A stretch of DNA of 64,000 nucleotides from Candidatus Woesearchaeota archaeon (GCA_016784125.1 JADHVI010000003.1:7241-71240); one strand, 5' to 3'. Positions 23,651-34,179 are shown, counted from the stretch's first letter. Numbers and translations are program-made. The notes: a model not told the origin generated them from the sequence alone.

Positions 23651-25203
23651 TCTAGCAAGTCCTTTTTTCTAAGCAATCTATTATAACTAATTGCGAATCT
23701 GTGTGCTTCATCCCTGATGGATTGAAGTAACTTTAAAGCTTTTGATTTATGATTTAAACGCAAGGGAAAATGTGACCCTGGGAAATATATTTCTTCAAGT
23801 TTTTTTGCAAGAGATATTACTGGGAGCTTTACATCAATACTTTTTAAGGCACTCATTGTAGAACTGAGTTGCCCTTTTCCACCATCAATTACAACCAAGT
23901 TTGGAAATTCCAGATTTTCTTCTTTTAAACGTTTATATCTTCGAGTTATTACTTCTTTCATAGATTCAAAATCATCTATACCTTCGACTGTTCGAATCTT
24001 AAAACGTCTGTAATTACTTTTGTCAGGTTTGCCATTTCTAAACTGAACCATTGATGCAACAGTGTTTGTTCCTGATAAATGTGATATGTCAAAACATTCA
24101 ATTACTTTTGGTAACTCATTAAGTTTTAGTTTTGCTTGTAAATCAGTTAATTTTTCTAAGTCGCCAAAGAATGATAGTTCAATATTTTTTAAAACAAGTT
24201 TTAATAATTGTTTTTTCTCACCAACCTTTGGAATTTTTATTATTGCTTTTTTACCTCTTTTTTCTGTTAAGTAATCTACAAGTGCTTTGTCAACTACATT
24301 TGGAAGAATTAGTTCTTTTGGAACAGGATTTTCAGAATAATATTGTACTATGAATTGTTCTAAGAAATTATCCTTGTAGTCAAATTCAAATGTTTGTTTG
24401 TTTTCAAGTATTCCCTTGTAAATATTGAATAATAGTAAGTAAACCTTACCATTTTTCACAAGATAGTTTATTATGTCTTCATCATGTTTTTTATCTCGTT
24501 CCATTTTTTGCTTATCATTAACCCAAGTTATGGCTTTAATTTGATTTCGTAACTGCAATGCTGATTCAAAATTTTGTTTACTAGATTCTTTTTTCATTAA
24601 TACTTTTAATGATTCTATAAGTTCACTAGTTTTACCTTTTAATGCTAGTTCTGCATGCTTTATTTGTTTATCATATTCTTTTTTAGAAACTTTATTTATA
24701 CATGGTGCTGAACAAAGTTGTATATGATGTCTTAAGCATTCTTTTTTTGGTAACCTTTTACAAGTTCTAATCATAAAATTCTTTCTAACTAAATCTAAAA
24801 TATAGTCTCTACTCTCACCCGATACAAATGGGCCAAAGAACTTTCCTTTTTCGTCTTTTTTCCTAGCTAATAGTAATCTTGGATATTCTTCATCTGTTAA
24901 CTGAATATATGCATAACGTTTTGAATCTTTAAGAAGAATATTGTATTTTGGTAAGTGTTTTTTTATAAGATTATTTTCTAATATTAAACTTTCAACTTCT
25001 GTATCTGTTACAAAAAAATCAACTGAATCAATTTGTTTTACTAAAGAATCTGTTTTTGCATCTAAACTGTTAGTTTTGTTCTTAAAATAACTATTAACTC
25101 TTTTCTTTAGATTCTTTGCTTTTCCAACATATAGAATGATTCCTTTTTTATCCTTGTAAATATAACAACCTGGATTGTTTGGGATGGTTGATATGTCAAT
25201 CAT
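23647..25203 (-). CDS. uvrC: excinuclease ABC subunit C (no C-terminal HhH2)
   Basis: GIY-YIG (GCYIY...YVGKA), FDISH, DGGKGQL, RDEAHRFA. Confidence 0.96.
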   Translation of the reverse strand: MIDISTIPNNPGCYIYKDKKGIILYVGKAKNLKKRVNSYFKNKTNSLDAKTDSLVKQIDSVDFFVTDTEVESLILENNLIKKHLPKYNILLKDSKRYAYIQLTDEEYPRLLLARKKDEKGKFFGPFVSGESRDYILDLVRKNFMIRTCKRLPKKECLRHHIQLCSAPCINKVSKKEYDKQIKHAELALKGKTSELIESLKVLMKKESSKQNFESALQLRNQIKAITWVNDKQKMERDKKHDEDIINYLVKNGKVYLLLFNIYKGILENKQTFEFDYKDNFLEQFIVQYYSENPVPKELILPNVVDKALVDYLTEKRGKKAIIKIPKVGEKKQLLKLVLKNIELSFFGDLEKLTDLQAKLKLNELPKVIECFDISHLSGTNTVASMVQFRNGKPDKSNYRRFKIRTVEGIDDFESMKEVITRRYKRLKEENLEFPNLVVIDGGKGQLSSTMSALKSIDVKLPVISLAKKLEEIYFPGSHFPLRLNHKSKALKLLQSIRDEAHRFAISYNRLLRKKDLLE

Positions 25204-28004
25204 TTTAACATTGGTTTTAGAAATTTACCCGTATAACTTTTTTTATTTGCAACTATTTCTTCAGGTGTTCCTTGCGCAATAATAAGTCCCCCACCACTTC
25301 CACCTTCAGGACCTAAATCTATGATGTGATCTGCTGATTTTACAACATCTAAATTATGTTCAATTACTATCATACTGTTTCCTTTTGAAACTAAATCATC
25401 AAGAACTTTTATTAGTTTTCTAACATCATGAAAATGAAGTCCAGTTGTTGGTTCGTCTAGTAAATAAAGAGTTCTTCCAGTTGAATTTTTTGATAGTTCT
25501 CTTGTTAATTTTATTCTTTGTGCTTCTCCACCAGATAATGTTACTGAACTTTGACCAAGTTTAATATATTCAAGTCCAACTCTATTTAATGTTTCAAGTT
25601 TTCGTTTTAATATAGGAATATTTTCAAATAATTTTAATGCTTCTTCAACACTCATTGCTAAAACATCTGCAATTGATTTATCTTTGTATTTTACTTCTAA
25701 AGTATCTTGATTATATCTTGTACCTTTACACTCTTCACATTCAACGTAAACATCTGGTAAGAAATTCATTTCTATTTTGATTAGTCCATCTCCAGCACAT
25801 GCTTCACAACGTCCACCTTTAACATTAAATGAGAATCTTCCTGGTTTATATCCTCTGATTTTGGCTTCTTTTGTAATTGAAAATATCTTTCTAATCTCAT
25901 CAAATACTTTTGTGTAAGTTGCAGGATTACTTCTTGGAGTTTTTCCTATCGGGCTTTGATCAATAACTATTATTTTGTCAATATTTGCATTAATGATCAT
26001 TTCTTTGTGTTCGCCAGGGGTCAATTTAGAATTATGAAGCTTTTTCATCATTGCTTTATACAAAATTTCGTAAATTAAAGTTGATTTTCCACTTCCTGAA
26101 ACACCTGTTATAAGAGTTAATACTCCTGTTGGAATTTTAACATCTATGTTTTGAAGATTGTTATGAGTGCATCCTTTTAGTTCAATAAAGGAAGTTGATT
26201 CTCGTCTTTTGTCAGGTGTTGGAATTGTTAGTTTTCCAGTTAGATATTGGCCTGTTAATGATTTTGGATTATTTTCGATTTCTTTTGGAGTACCACATGC
26301 CACAATTAATCCTCCATGAATTCCTGCGCCAGGTCCCATGTCTATAACATAGTCTGCATTTCTGATTGTATCTTCATCATGTTCTACAACTATCAATGTA
26401 TTTCCAAGATCTCGCAAATGGTACAGTGTATCTATTAGTTTTTTATTATCTCTTTGATGTAAACCAATGCTTGGTTCGTCAAGAATATACATAACACCCA
26501 TTAAGTTTGATCCTATTTGAGTTGCAAGTCTGATTCTTTGTGCTTCTCCACCAGATAGTGTTCCTGCATTTCTTGATAATGTTAAATATCCAAGTCCGAC
26601 TTGTTCTAAAAATTTAAGTCTTTCTTTTATTTCTTTTAACACTTGTTTTGCAATAGTTTCTTGTTTTTCTGTTAATTCAAGATTGTTAAAAAATTCTAAA
26701 CCTTTTCTAATTGAAAAATCAGTTACTTCAATAATTGATTTTCCTGTGATTTTTACAGCTAAGATTTTACTTTTCAATCTTTTTCCAAGACAATTAGGAC
26801 ATGGTAGTATTCGCATAAATTTTTCTAGTTCTTTTCGTCTGTAATCTGATTCTGTTTGGTGATATAGTCTTTCACTTTGTGGAATTAATCCTTCCCACTT
26901 TCCATGACTTGACCAGTTAGCTTCGCCACCTTTCATACTCATATTAAACTTTATTTTTTCATCTGATCCATGCATTAGAATATTAAATTGTTCTTCGCTT
27001 AAATCTTTGATTGGTGCAAATACGCTGAATCGGAAGTGTTTTGCAACTGCGCCAAGATATTGACCTCTCCATCCATCTATTGCGTTTCGGTAAAGCATTA
27101 CTGCGCCATCTGCAATACAAGTATCTTTGTTTGGAATTATCAAGTCTGAATCAAACTCCATTTTTATTCCAAGACCATGACAATCTTCACAAGCTCCAAA
27201 TGGACTGTTAAAAGAAAACATTCTTGGTTGTAGTTCTTCAAATATAAGACCACATTTTGGACAAGCCATATTTGCTGAATGGATTGTTTCATTATTTTTA
27301 TCATCAAGAACAATTAATAGTCCGTCACCTTTATTCAAAGCATTTTCACATGCCTCTGCAAGTCTGTTTTTATCAGTTGTACTAATTCTATCTATTACAA
27401 CTTCTATATCATGTTTTTTATATCGATCTAATTGTACTTTTTCATCTGTTCGCTGAATGGTCCCATTTACTCGAACTCGAGTGTATCCTTCTTTGTTTAA
27501 GTCTTCAATTACTTTTTCATAAGTTCCTTTTTTCTGTCTTATAATTGGTGCAAGAATTGTTACTTGGCCTTTGTTATCTGCAGAAATATTTTCAGCAATT
27601 TTTTGTGGTGATTGTGATTCAATTTTAATATTATGTTTGGGGCAATATGGTGTTCCAATTCGAGCATATAATAATCTTAAATAATCATATATATCAGTAA
27701 CTGTTCCAACTGTACTTCGAGGATTCTTACTAGTAGTCTTTTGCTCGATTGAAATCGCAGGAGATAGTCCTTCAATACTATCTACATCTGGTTTACTCAT
27801 AAGTCCTAAGAATTGTCTGGCGTAAGCTGAAAGAGATTCAACATATCTCCTTTGCCCTTCGGCATACAATGTATCAAATGCAAGTGTTGATTTGCCACTT
27901 CCTGAAAGTCCAGTTATAACTATGAATTTGTCTCTAGGGAGGGTTACATTAATATTTTGTAAATTGTGTTCTCTTGCACCTTTAATTATTATGTCTTTAG
28001 TCAT
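25200..28004 (-). CDS. uvrA: excinuclease ABC subunit A
   Basis: GAREHNL, two Walker A (GLSGSGKS, GVSGSGKS), LSGGEAQR; true start ATG 28004 after AAGGA RBS. Confidence 0.98.
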   Translation of the reverse strand: MTKDIIIKGAREHNLQNINVTLPRDKFIVITGLSGSGKSTLAFDTLYAEGQRRYVESLSAYARQFLGLMSKPDVDSIEGLSPAISIEQKTTSKNPRSTVGTVTDIYDYLRLLYARIGTPYCPKHNIKIESQSPQKIAENISADNKGQVTILAPIIRQKKGTYEKVIEDLNKEGYTRVRVNGTIQRTDEKVQLDRYKKHDIEVVIDRISTTDKNRLAEACENALNKGDGLLIVLDDKNNETIHSANMACPKCGLIFEELQPRMFSFNSPFGACEDCHGLGIKMEFDSDLIIPNKDTCIADGAVMLYRNAIDGWRGQYLGAVAKHFRFSVFAPIKDLSEEQFNILMHGSDEKIKFNMSMKGGEANWSSHGKWEGLIPQSERLYHQTESDYRRKELEKFMRILPCPNCLGKRLKSKILAVKITGKSIIEVTDFSIRKGLEFFNNLELTEKQETIAKQVLKEIKERLKFLEQVGLGYLTLSRNAGTLSGGEAQRIRLATQIGSNLMGVMYILDEPSIGLHQRDNKKLIDTLYHLRDLGNTLIVVEHDEDTIRNADYVIDMGPGAGIHGGLIVACGTPKEIENNPKSLTGQYLTGKLTIPTPDKRRESTSFIELKGCTHNNLQNIDVKIPTGVLTLITGVSGSGKSTLIYEILYKAMMKKLHNSKLTPGEHKEMIINANIDKIIVIDQSPIGKTPRSNPATYTKVFDEIRKIFSITKEAKIRGYKPGRFSFNVKGGRCEACAGDGLIKIEMNFLPDVYVECEECKGTRYNQDTLEVKYKDKSIADVLAMSVEEALKLFENIPILKRKLETLNRVGLEYIKLGQSSVTLSGGEAQRIKLTRELSKNSTGRTLYLLDEPTTGLHFHDVRKLIKVLDDLVSKGNSMIVIEHNLDVVKSADHIIDLGPEGGSGGGLIIAQGTPEEIVANKKSYTGKFLKPMLK

Positions 28005-28101
28005 TTGTATTAATCCTTCTTTTAGCAAGATAACATTTCAAAAATCTATTTGATTTTTGTTTGTGTTCTCTTGCACCTTTGATAATTGTATCTTTAGTCA
28101 T
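27964..28101 (-). repeat. 41-bp duplicate of uvrA 5' end flanking a hairpin element
   Basis: 27964-28004 vs 28061-28101, 37/41 identical; CAAAAATC-N5-GATTTTTG between. Confidence 0.9.
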
Positions 28102-28262
28102 CTTACATAGTTTTAATTTGAAACTCAAAAAGTCTTTTTTTCCGAAAAATTCGTAAACTTTACAGAATCAATTTTGAGACTTTTATAAAGATTTTGGGAA
28201 TTTGTCCAGTGGCGTAAAAAACCAGGATTAAATTTATATACTGTACAAATTATTAGTTTAAT

Positions 28263-28724
28263 ATGCAATATAAAGTATCCCATGGTGAAACTTTTGAAAT
28301 CAACACACTTGTTTTAGACTTGAACGGAACATTATCTGTGAATGGTTGGGTTCTAGAGGGAGTCAAAGAGAGAATCGACAAACTCAACTCTTTAGGTTTT
28401 AAAATCATTTTATTCACAGGGAACCAGAGAGGAACAGCAGGCAAACTTTGCGGTGACTTAGGAATTGAATATAAAGTTGCACAAACTTGTAAGGATAAGG
28501 AAGAAGAAATGTTAAAACTTGATACTAACAAATGTGCTGCTATTGGCAATGCCAGGATTGATATTGGAACTTTTAAACATGCTAAATTATCAATTCTCAC
28601 ACTACAAGCAGAAGGAATACATGCAAAAGCTATTTCTCATGTAGATATTATTGTCCCATCAATTCTTGATGCACTAGACTTGTTCATAAACAAAGACTCA
28701 CTTTGCGCGACATTAAGAGAATAA
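28263..28724 (+). CDS. soluble P-type ATPase-like HAD protein
   Basis: DLNGTL, FTGN, AIGNARID. Confidence 0.8.
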   Translation: MQYKVSHGETFEINTLVLDLNGTLSVNGWVLEGVKERIDKLNSLGFKIILFTGNQRGTAGKLCGDLGIEYKVAQTCKDKEEEMLKLDTNKCAAIGNARIDIGTFKHAKLSILTLQAEGIHAKAISHVDIIVPSILDALDLFINKDSLCATLRE

Positions 28725-28753
28725 TTAATAAATGCTTAAGTATATTTATTATC

Positions 28754-29377
28754 ATGAAATTTTATTTATCATCTTTCAGGCTTGGAGACAAATCTGCTGA
28801 ATTAGTTAGACTAATGCCTGAAAATAAGAAGATTGCATATATACCAAATGCTAATGATTATACAAATGTGGATTTGGATAGAAAGATCAAATGGGAACGA
28901 CTTGATATAGATAGTTTAGAGAAAATAGGTTTGACTGTAGAATACCTTGATTTAAGAAATTATTTTGACAAAACTGATGATTTACGAAAAAAACTGAGTG
29001 GATTTGGTGGTGTGTTCATAAGAGGTGGAAGTGCTTTTGTTCTAAGGCAAGCAATGAAATTGAGTGGTTTCGATATAATCTTTAAAGAACTTCTAAAAAG
29101 AGAGGATTTTGTATATTCAGGATACAGCGCAGGAATCTGTGTTCTTGCGCCAGATTTCAAAGCGATACAAATAGTTGATGACGCTTCAGATTGGCCGTAC
29201 AAAGAGCTTCAAGAAACAATTTGGGAAGGCCTTGGATATTTAGATTATATGATTCTCCCGCATTACAAATCAAATCATCCAGAATCAGCAGACATTGATA
29301 AAGAAGTCGAGTTCGCTAAGAAAAACAATCTCCCGTTTAAGACTTTGAGAGATGGTGAAGTAATTATTATTGAATGA
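28754..29377 (+). CDS. peptidase E (S51) family
   Basis: YIPNA, RGG, GYSAG nucleophile, PHY. Confidence 0.88.
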   Translation: MKFYLSSFRLGDKSAELVRLMPENKKIAYIPNANDYTNVDLDRKIKWERLDIDSLEKIGLTVEYLDLRNYFDKTDDLRKKLSGFGGVFIRGGSAFVLRQAMKLSGFDIIFKELLKREDFVYSGYSAGICVLAPDFKAIQIVDDASDWPYKELQETIWEGLGYLDYMILPHYKSNHPESADIDKEVEFAKKNNLPFKTLRDGEVIIIE

Positions 29378-29384
29378 AAATGAT

Positions 29385-30062
29385 TTATTTCTTCTTCATT
29401 AAATATACTTTGACAGCCTTGCCAGCTTTGCGAAAATCTCCTTTTTTCAGCTCATAATGGTATATTATGTCAAATTTCTTTCTAAAAGTATCTTTGATTT
29501 CCTTATCTGTAAAAAAATGATTATAATGTCCATTGCGCAGCGTCCAATTTCTATTCTTTGATTTTGGACTAATTCCCGGAATATATCCATAATTATTACT
29601 AAAACAATATAATAAGAAGTGTCCATCTGTTTTTAGAACCCGTAATATACTGCTCAAATATTTTTTCCACTCAGATTTTCTTAAATGGTGAATACAACCA
29701 GAATCTAATAATGCATCAAAAAAATTTGAATTATATGGCAATCTAAATACTGAACCAACTTGATTAGATATTTTAACATCATTGTCTTTTGCATTCTTCT
29801 TTGCAATCTTGATAGCTGACTCTGAAACATCTATACCATGCACAGTAAATCCATTTTTTGCAAATAAAACAGAATTTCTTCCATTACCACATCCAATATC
29901 CAACACATTCCCATTAATTTTATGGTCTTTCAAATATTTGATATATTCTTTTACGACTGGAGAAGGATTTTTTGATGTATAGTGATCATCATTTGAAAAT
30001 TTATTGTTCATAGATTTCCATCTTTTTTCGTACCTGTCGGTTTCAATTTTTTCGTAGTTCAT
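29385..30062 (-). CDS. class I SAM-dependent methyltransferase
   Basis: VLDIGCGNGRNS; DSGCIHH. Confidence 0.88.
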   Translation of the reverse strand: MNYEKIETDRYEKRWKSMNNKFSNDDHYTSKNPSPVVKEYIKYLKDHKINGNVLDIGCGNGRNSVLFAKNGFTVHGIDVSESAIKIAKKNAKDNDVKISNQVGSVFRLPYNSNFFDALLDSGCIHHLRKSEWKKYLSSILRVLKTDGHFLLYCFSNNYGYIPGISPKSKNRNWTLRNGHYNHFFTDKEIKDTFRKKFDIIYHYELKKGDFRKAGKAVKVYLMKKK

Positions 30063-30106
30063 GTTGATACATTTAGTTAGAGAATAGAGTTAATAAATAT
30101 TTTGTT

Positions 30107-30784
30107 CTAAGAAAAAATCTGTTTTACTTTATCTGCCACTAGCTCACCCAGTTTTCTATGATTATGATTATCAATATGAACACCTTCTATTTCATCGACA
30201 ACTATTGCATCATTTGGGTTAAGATAAAAAACATCTTCTTCTTCTTCAGCAAGTGTTTTGTAGGAATCAATCAGAGCAGTTGTTTTCTCGGTAGCTTCTT
30301 TGAACAGCTTTGAAGCAAAATCTGCATCTTCTTTTACAACTGCGGGTACGACAATCAGTATTTTTGTTTGAGAAGTATTTTCTAAAGTTTTCATATTCTT
30401 CACAGCGCTAATTAATGCTCTCATACCTTCTGTTATTTCAATAACTGATAAGTTCATCATTTCTTTAGCATCAGTTGTTCCAAGCATTATAATAACTAAG
30501 TTTAGTGGATTATGTGTTTCTAGAACTATTGGCAGGGTTTTGAGTCCATTTCTTAGAGGCAACTCTGGTCTAGGATCATCAAACATTGTTGTTCTTGCTC
30601 CCAAACCTTCTTCTATAATTTTATAATCTAATCCTAATAGTTTTTGTAAAACTCCTGGCCAACGATTATTCGAATTATATCTTTTCGTACCCATGCTTGA
30701 AGGAACCCATCCCCAAGTGTTTGAGTCACCATAACATAGAATAGTTTTTACTTTTGAATTGGTATCAAAAATATCTTTGTCCAT
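30107..30784 (-). CDS. SGNH/GDSL hydrolase (arylesterase-like)
   Basis: YGDSNTWG, EEGLGART, MLGTTD, GVH. Confidence 0.9.
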   Translation of the reverse strand: MDKDIFDTNSKVKTILCYGDSNTWGWVPSSMGTKRYNSNNRWPGVLQKLLGLDYKIIEEGLGARTTMFDDPRPELPLRNGLKTLPIVLETHNPLNLVIIMLGTTDAKEMMNLSVIEITEGMRALISAVKNMKTLENTSQTKILIVVPAVVKEDADFASKLFKEATEKTTALIDSYKTLAEEEEDVFYLNPNDAIVVDEIEGVHIDNHNHRKLGELVADKVKQIFS

Positions 30785-30846
30785 ACAAATTACTAATGAG
30801 GCGAATTATATAAAGATTTTGTAATAAAGAATTAGAATTATTTATG

Positions 30847-32394
30847 TCATGTTTTAAATATTAACTGATTAAGGTAGCGCATTAGTCCTTCTTTGACATA
30901 GTTTGGAAGAACCCTTAATGTTTTCAAATAAGATCCTTGTTGTGATAATTTAATAACTTGCCAATAAGTAAAAGGTTCGTATATAATTAAAGTCAATAAT
31001 TTTGCAATAAACAAAGAGATTTTAAACTTAAATGTTCTCGGATTTTGTTTGTAGAAATAAACAATTTTGTTCATATGTTCTGCATTTAGAAATGCTGCGA
31101 GTCTAGTAAGGTCGTTTAAAATGTTTTTTTTATACGATAAGTAGTCTTTTCTGAGAGAATCTTCGATTTTTTCAGGCAATTCTTTTTTGACTTTTTCGTA
31201 TATTTCTGTTCCTAAATAACAAGTCAAGGAAAAAAATTGGGTGTAGAATGGTTTTGGCGTTTCAATAAGCGTTTGTACTGTCGCAAGTCTATCTTCTTCG
31301 TTTTCAAAAGGATTATCTAATATAATATCATAAAACGCAGCTATATTAAACTTTTTAATTATTCTTGCTGCTTTAAGAAAATCTGCTTTTAATGATTTCC
31401 GCTTGTAGATATCATTGCAAACGCGGTCACTTCCACTTTGCAACCCCAAGTTGATCCAAGCTAAACCTGCGTCCTTCAAGTATTTTATTTTATTTGGAGT
31501 AATATAAATTGGGATTGCTCTGATAATGAATGGTTTTTTTATTTTTCCTTTGTAAATTTCACAAAACTCTTTGAGATAGGTATCACTACATGCTAAAAAA
31601 CAATCATCTTGGAAGTTAATATATTCAATTTCTGAGTACTCATTTACTGTTTTTTCAAGTTCAAAGATGATATCTTTAATACTGCGTCTCCTAATTTTTT
31701 TAGTTTGATATAAATGCGAAATAAAATTATTACAACAATATGTGCAAGAAAATGGACATCCTCTGGAGCTCATAATACTATAAGTAGTTCCTCTATATCT
31801 AGCATATTTCTTAAATTTTTTTTTATCAATAGGAACTATAAAACCATTTTTTCCTTGAATAAAGCTATTTATAGGAATATGATCATATGATGGTATCTCA
31901 TCTAAATTCTCAATAAGTGGATATAGAATATTTTTCTTTACTTTACCATTTTGTATGTGACCAAGATTGTTAATGTTATTTACATTTTCATCGTTGTTAA
32001 TGGCATTCGCTAAATCCAGAATAGTTCTCTCGCCTTCTCCAATACAAACATAATCTGCGTCGTCCAAACACATTGCTGGAGAAATTGTTGGGTGTATGCC
32101 GCCCCAGATAATTGGAATAGATTCAAAATTATTTTTTAAATATTTAGTTAAATCGCGTGAATTAAAATACTCAACAGTCATTAAACTAATTCCAATCAGC
32201 TTAGGAGATATTTCAAGAACGAATTTACCGATTTGTTTTAAAGCGTTATTATTGTTTGGATTAAAATTTGGCAGGTGGAGAAGAACTGAATCATAACCTT
32301 TTTTTAATAAGCAATAGTGCAATGTTTTTAATCCTATTATATCTAAATCTCTTTGAAGTGAAATTAACAGAACACTTATTTTTTTCATATTCAC
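30847..32394 (-). CDS. cobalamin-binding radical SAM protein
   Basis: B12-binding domain (WGGIHPT, GEGE) plus SRGCPFSCTYC. Confidence 0.9.
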   Translation of the reverse strand: MNMKKISVLLISLQRDLDIIGLKTLHYCLLKKGYDSVLLHLPNFNPNNNNALKQIGKFVLEISPKLIGISLMTVEYFNSRDLTKYLKNNFESIPIIWGGIHPTISPAMCLDDADYVCIGEGERTILDLANAINNDENVNNINNLGHIQNGKVKKNILYPLIENLDEIPSYDHIPINSFIQGKNGFIVPIDKKKFKKYARYRGTTYSIMSSRGCPFSCTYCCNNFISHLYQTKKIRRRSIKDIIFELEKTVNEYSEIEYINFQDDCFLACSDTYLKEFCEIYKGKIKKPFIIRAIPIYITPNKIKYLKDAGLAWINLGLQSGSDRVCNDIYKRKSLKADFLKAARIIKKFNIAAFYDIILDNPFENEEDRLATVQTLIETPKPFYTQFFSLTCYLGTEIYEKVKKELPEKIEDSLRKDYLSYKKNILNDLTRLAAFLNAEHMNKIVYFYKQNPRTFKFKISLFIAKLLTLIIYEPFTYWQVIKLSQQGSYLKTLRVLPNYVKEGLMRYLNQLIFKT

Positions 32395-32521
32395 AACGTT
32401 GAGTTATGATAGTTATTTAAATTTAATTATATACAAAGAATTTTTTTGAAAATTGCTAAGAAATTAGTTAGAAATATTACAATTTTTTTTCATTGTAATG
32501 ACCAGAAAATTATTTTCTGAT

Positions 32522-32632
32522 TTATTTATTCTGTCTCTTTCTCTTTTCTTTCTTCATCTTCTTACGTTGCCACTTCCAACGCATTTGACCTTTCTTTTTC
32601 CATCTCCTGGAACTTCTCTTCATTGTTTTCAT
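32522..32632 (-). CDS. rpl41e: ribosomal protein eL41/eS32 (not in ORF track)
   Basis: MKTMKRSSRRWKKKGQMRWKWQRKKMKKEKRKRQNK*; matches the archaeal L41e WKKKGxMRWKW pattern; start 32632 or 32623. Confidence 0.88.
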   Translation of the reverse strand: MKTMKRSSRRWKKKGQMRWKWQRKKMKKEKRKRQNK

Positions 32633-32739
32633 GCTTCACAGCTTCGTATGCTGCTAATTGGACCTCCATTATGGTTATGCCCTGTTGGAACTGGCGTCGA
32701 TTTATAAAACTTTGTAATACCGAGAACTAAGAATCTGGG

Positions 32740-33675
32740 CTAGTTTACTTTATTTTGAACATTTCCATTTAAGAAAGTTTGAATGTTTTTCAAAGTTATT
32801 TCTCTAAGATTATTCTGAGCCTCTAGCGTCATCCACCCGAAGTGAGGTGTTAAATATATGTTGTCTAATTTTCCAAAATTATTTCTAATCTCTTGTTCTT
32901 CTATAGCTTCAAACCACGCAGATAGACATTTCTCTTCGCATAATTTAAAGACTGTATCTAAGTCAACTAATTCTGATCTACCTGGATTTAATAAAACAGT
33001 TCCTTTTTTAATAAGAGAGAGTTTTTCTTTGTTTAAGATTTGCTCGGTATTCTTATTCAAAGCACAATTGAGTGAAATAACATCACTAGTCTTTAACAGC
33101 TCGTCGAGTGTCACTAATTTGAATCCATCTTTTTCTGAACGAGAAAAATGAACAACTTTCATTCCTAATCCTAATGCTATTTCTGCAATTCTTCTACCAA
33201 TATTGCCCAAACCAATTACTCCTAGAGTTTTCCCTTTTAATTCCCAGCCCATAAAGCTTTCAAAACCCCAGTTTCCTTGCTTAACAAAATTCATGGCATC
33301 ATGTGTTCTGCGTGAAATATTAAGCAAAGCGGATATTGTAAGTTCTGCAACCACCTCTGTAGAATAACCTGGAACATTAGTTAGAGTGATTTTATTTCTG
33401 TTCATCTCTTCAAGGTTAAAATGAGATACATCTGTGTGAGTTGTTCCAATATATTTAAGATTTGTATTATCAAAAAATCCTTTCTCATAATTTTCAAACA
33501 ATCTTAATACTAGTGCTTCAGCACCTTGAAAATCTTCTTTCTTCAAACTATTACAATATTCTTTCTCACCATAAACAATTTTTAGTTCTTCTGTCAATTC
33601 TCTTAATCTAGAAATAAATGATTCTTCAAACGGTTATGATTTAAGATCATATAAAACCAACTTTTTGAACTTCAT
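32740..33675 (-). pseudogene. D-2-hydroxyacid dehydrogenase with in-frame TAA at codon 14
   Basis: TNVPGYS, GVIGLGNIG, NPGR, TPH motifs; ATG 33675 in frame with TATA ~21 nt upstream, TAA at 33634-33636. Confidence 0.7.
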
Positions 33676-33713
33676 AAAAAATAGTTATAGATTGGATTAT
33701 AAATTATTTTCTA

Positions 33714-34178
33714 TTAGAGAATTTTTCCTATGTATTCTTCCAGCTTCTCTTCATATAGATCTTTCTTGACTTCTCTCGATCTAACAGCCAATGTTGCAAT
33801 TGGTTTCTTGCTAAGCTTTTCCATGCCTGCAAATGTTTTTTGATCTGACTTTCCAGCCATGGTACAGAAAAAAGCTACTTTACCTAGTTTTTTCTTATTA
33901 TCGCGAATAAATGTTCTAACGGCAGGTGTAACCATGCCGCCCCAAACTGGTGTGCCGATAATAACTAAATCATACTTTGAAGGATCATGTCTTAAGTCCC
34001 ATAACTCTGTGTGGCCCTTTACCAGTGCTTCATGTCCGCCTTTGATATAGCCAAAGATTCCTTTTCTACTTTTCAAATCAATTAATTCTTCAATACTGCA
34101 TTTTAATTTAGAAGCTATTTCTTCAGCTATCTTCTTAGTATTTTGAGTTCTAGAATAATATACTACTAAAGTTTTCAT
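33714..34178 (-). CDS. flavodoxin-like protein
   Basis: VVYYSRTQNTKKIA, GTPVWGG, AFFCT. Confidence 0.9.
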   Translation of the reverse strand: MKTLVVYYSRTQNTKKIAEEIASKLKCSIEELIDLKSRKGIFGYIKGGHEALVKGHTELWDLRHDPSKYDLVIIGTPVWGGMVTPAVRTFIRDNKKKLGKVAFFCTMAGKSDQKTFAGMEKLSKKPIATLAVRSREVKKDLYEEKLEEYIGKIL

Positions 34179-34179
34179 T

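Noticed and set aside
32498-32707. 69-aa plus-strand ORF
   Set aside because: Antisense shadow of the rpl41e locus; promoter and protein motif support the minus strand
33634-33636. Stop-codon reassignment or Sec/Pyl readthrough
   Set aside because: TAA, TAG and TGA all terminate conserved genes in this window; this is a single isolated in-frame TAA
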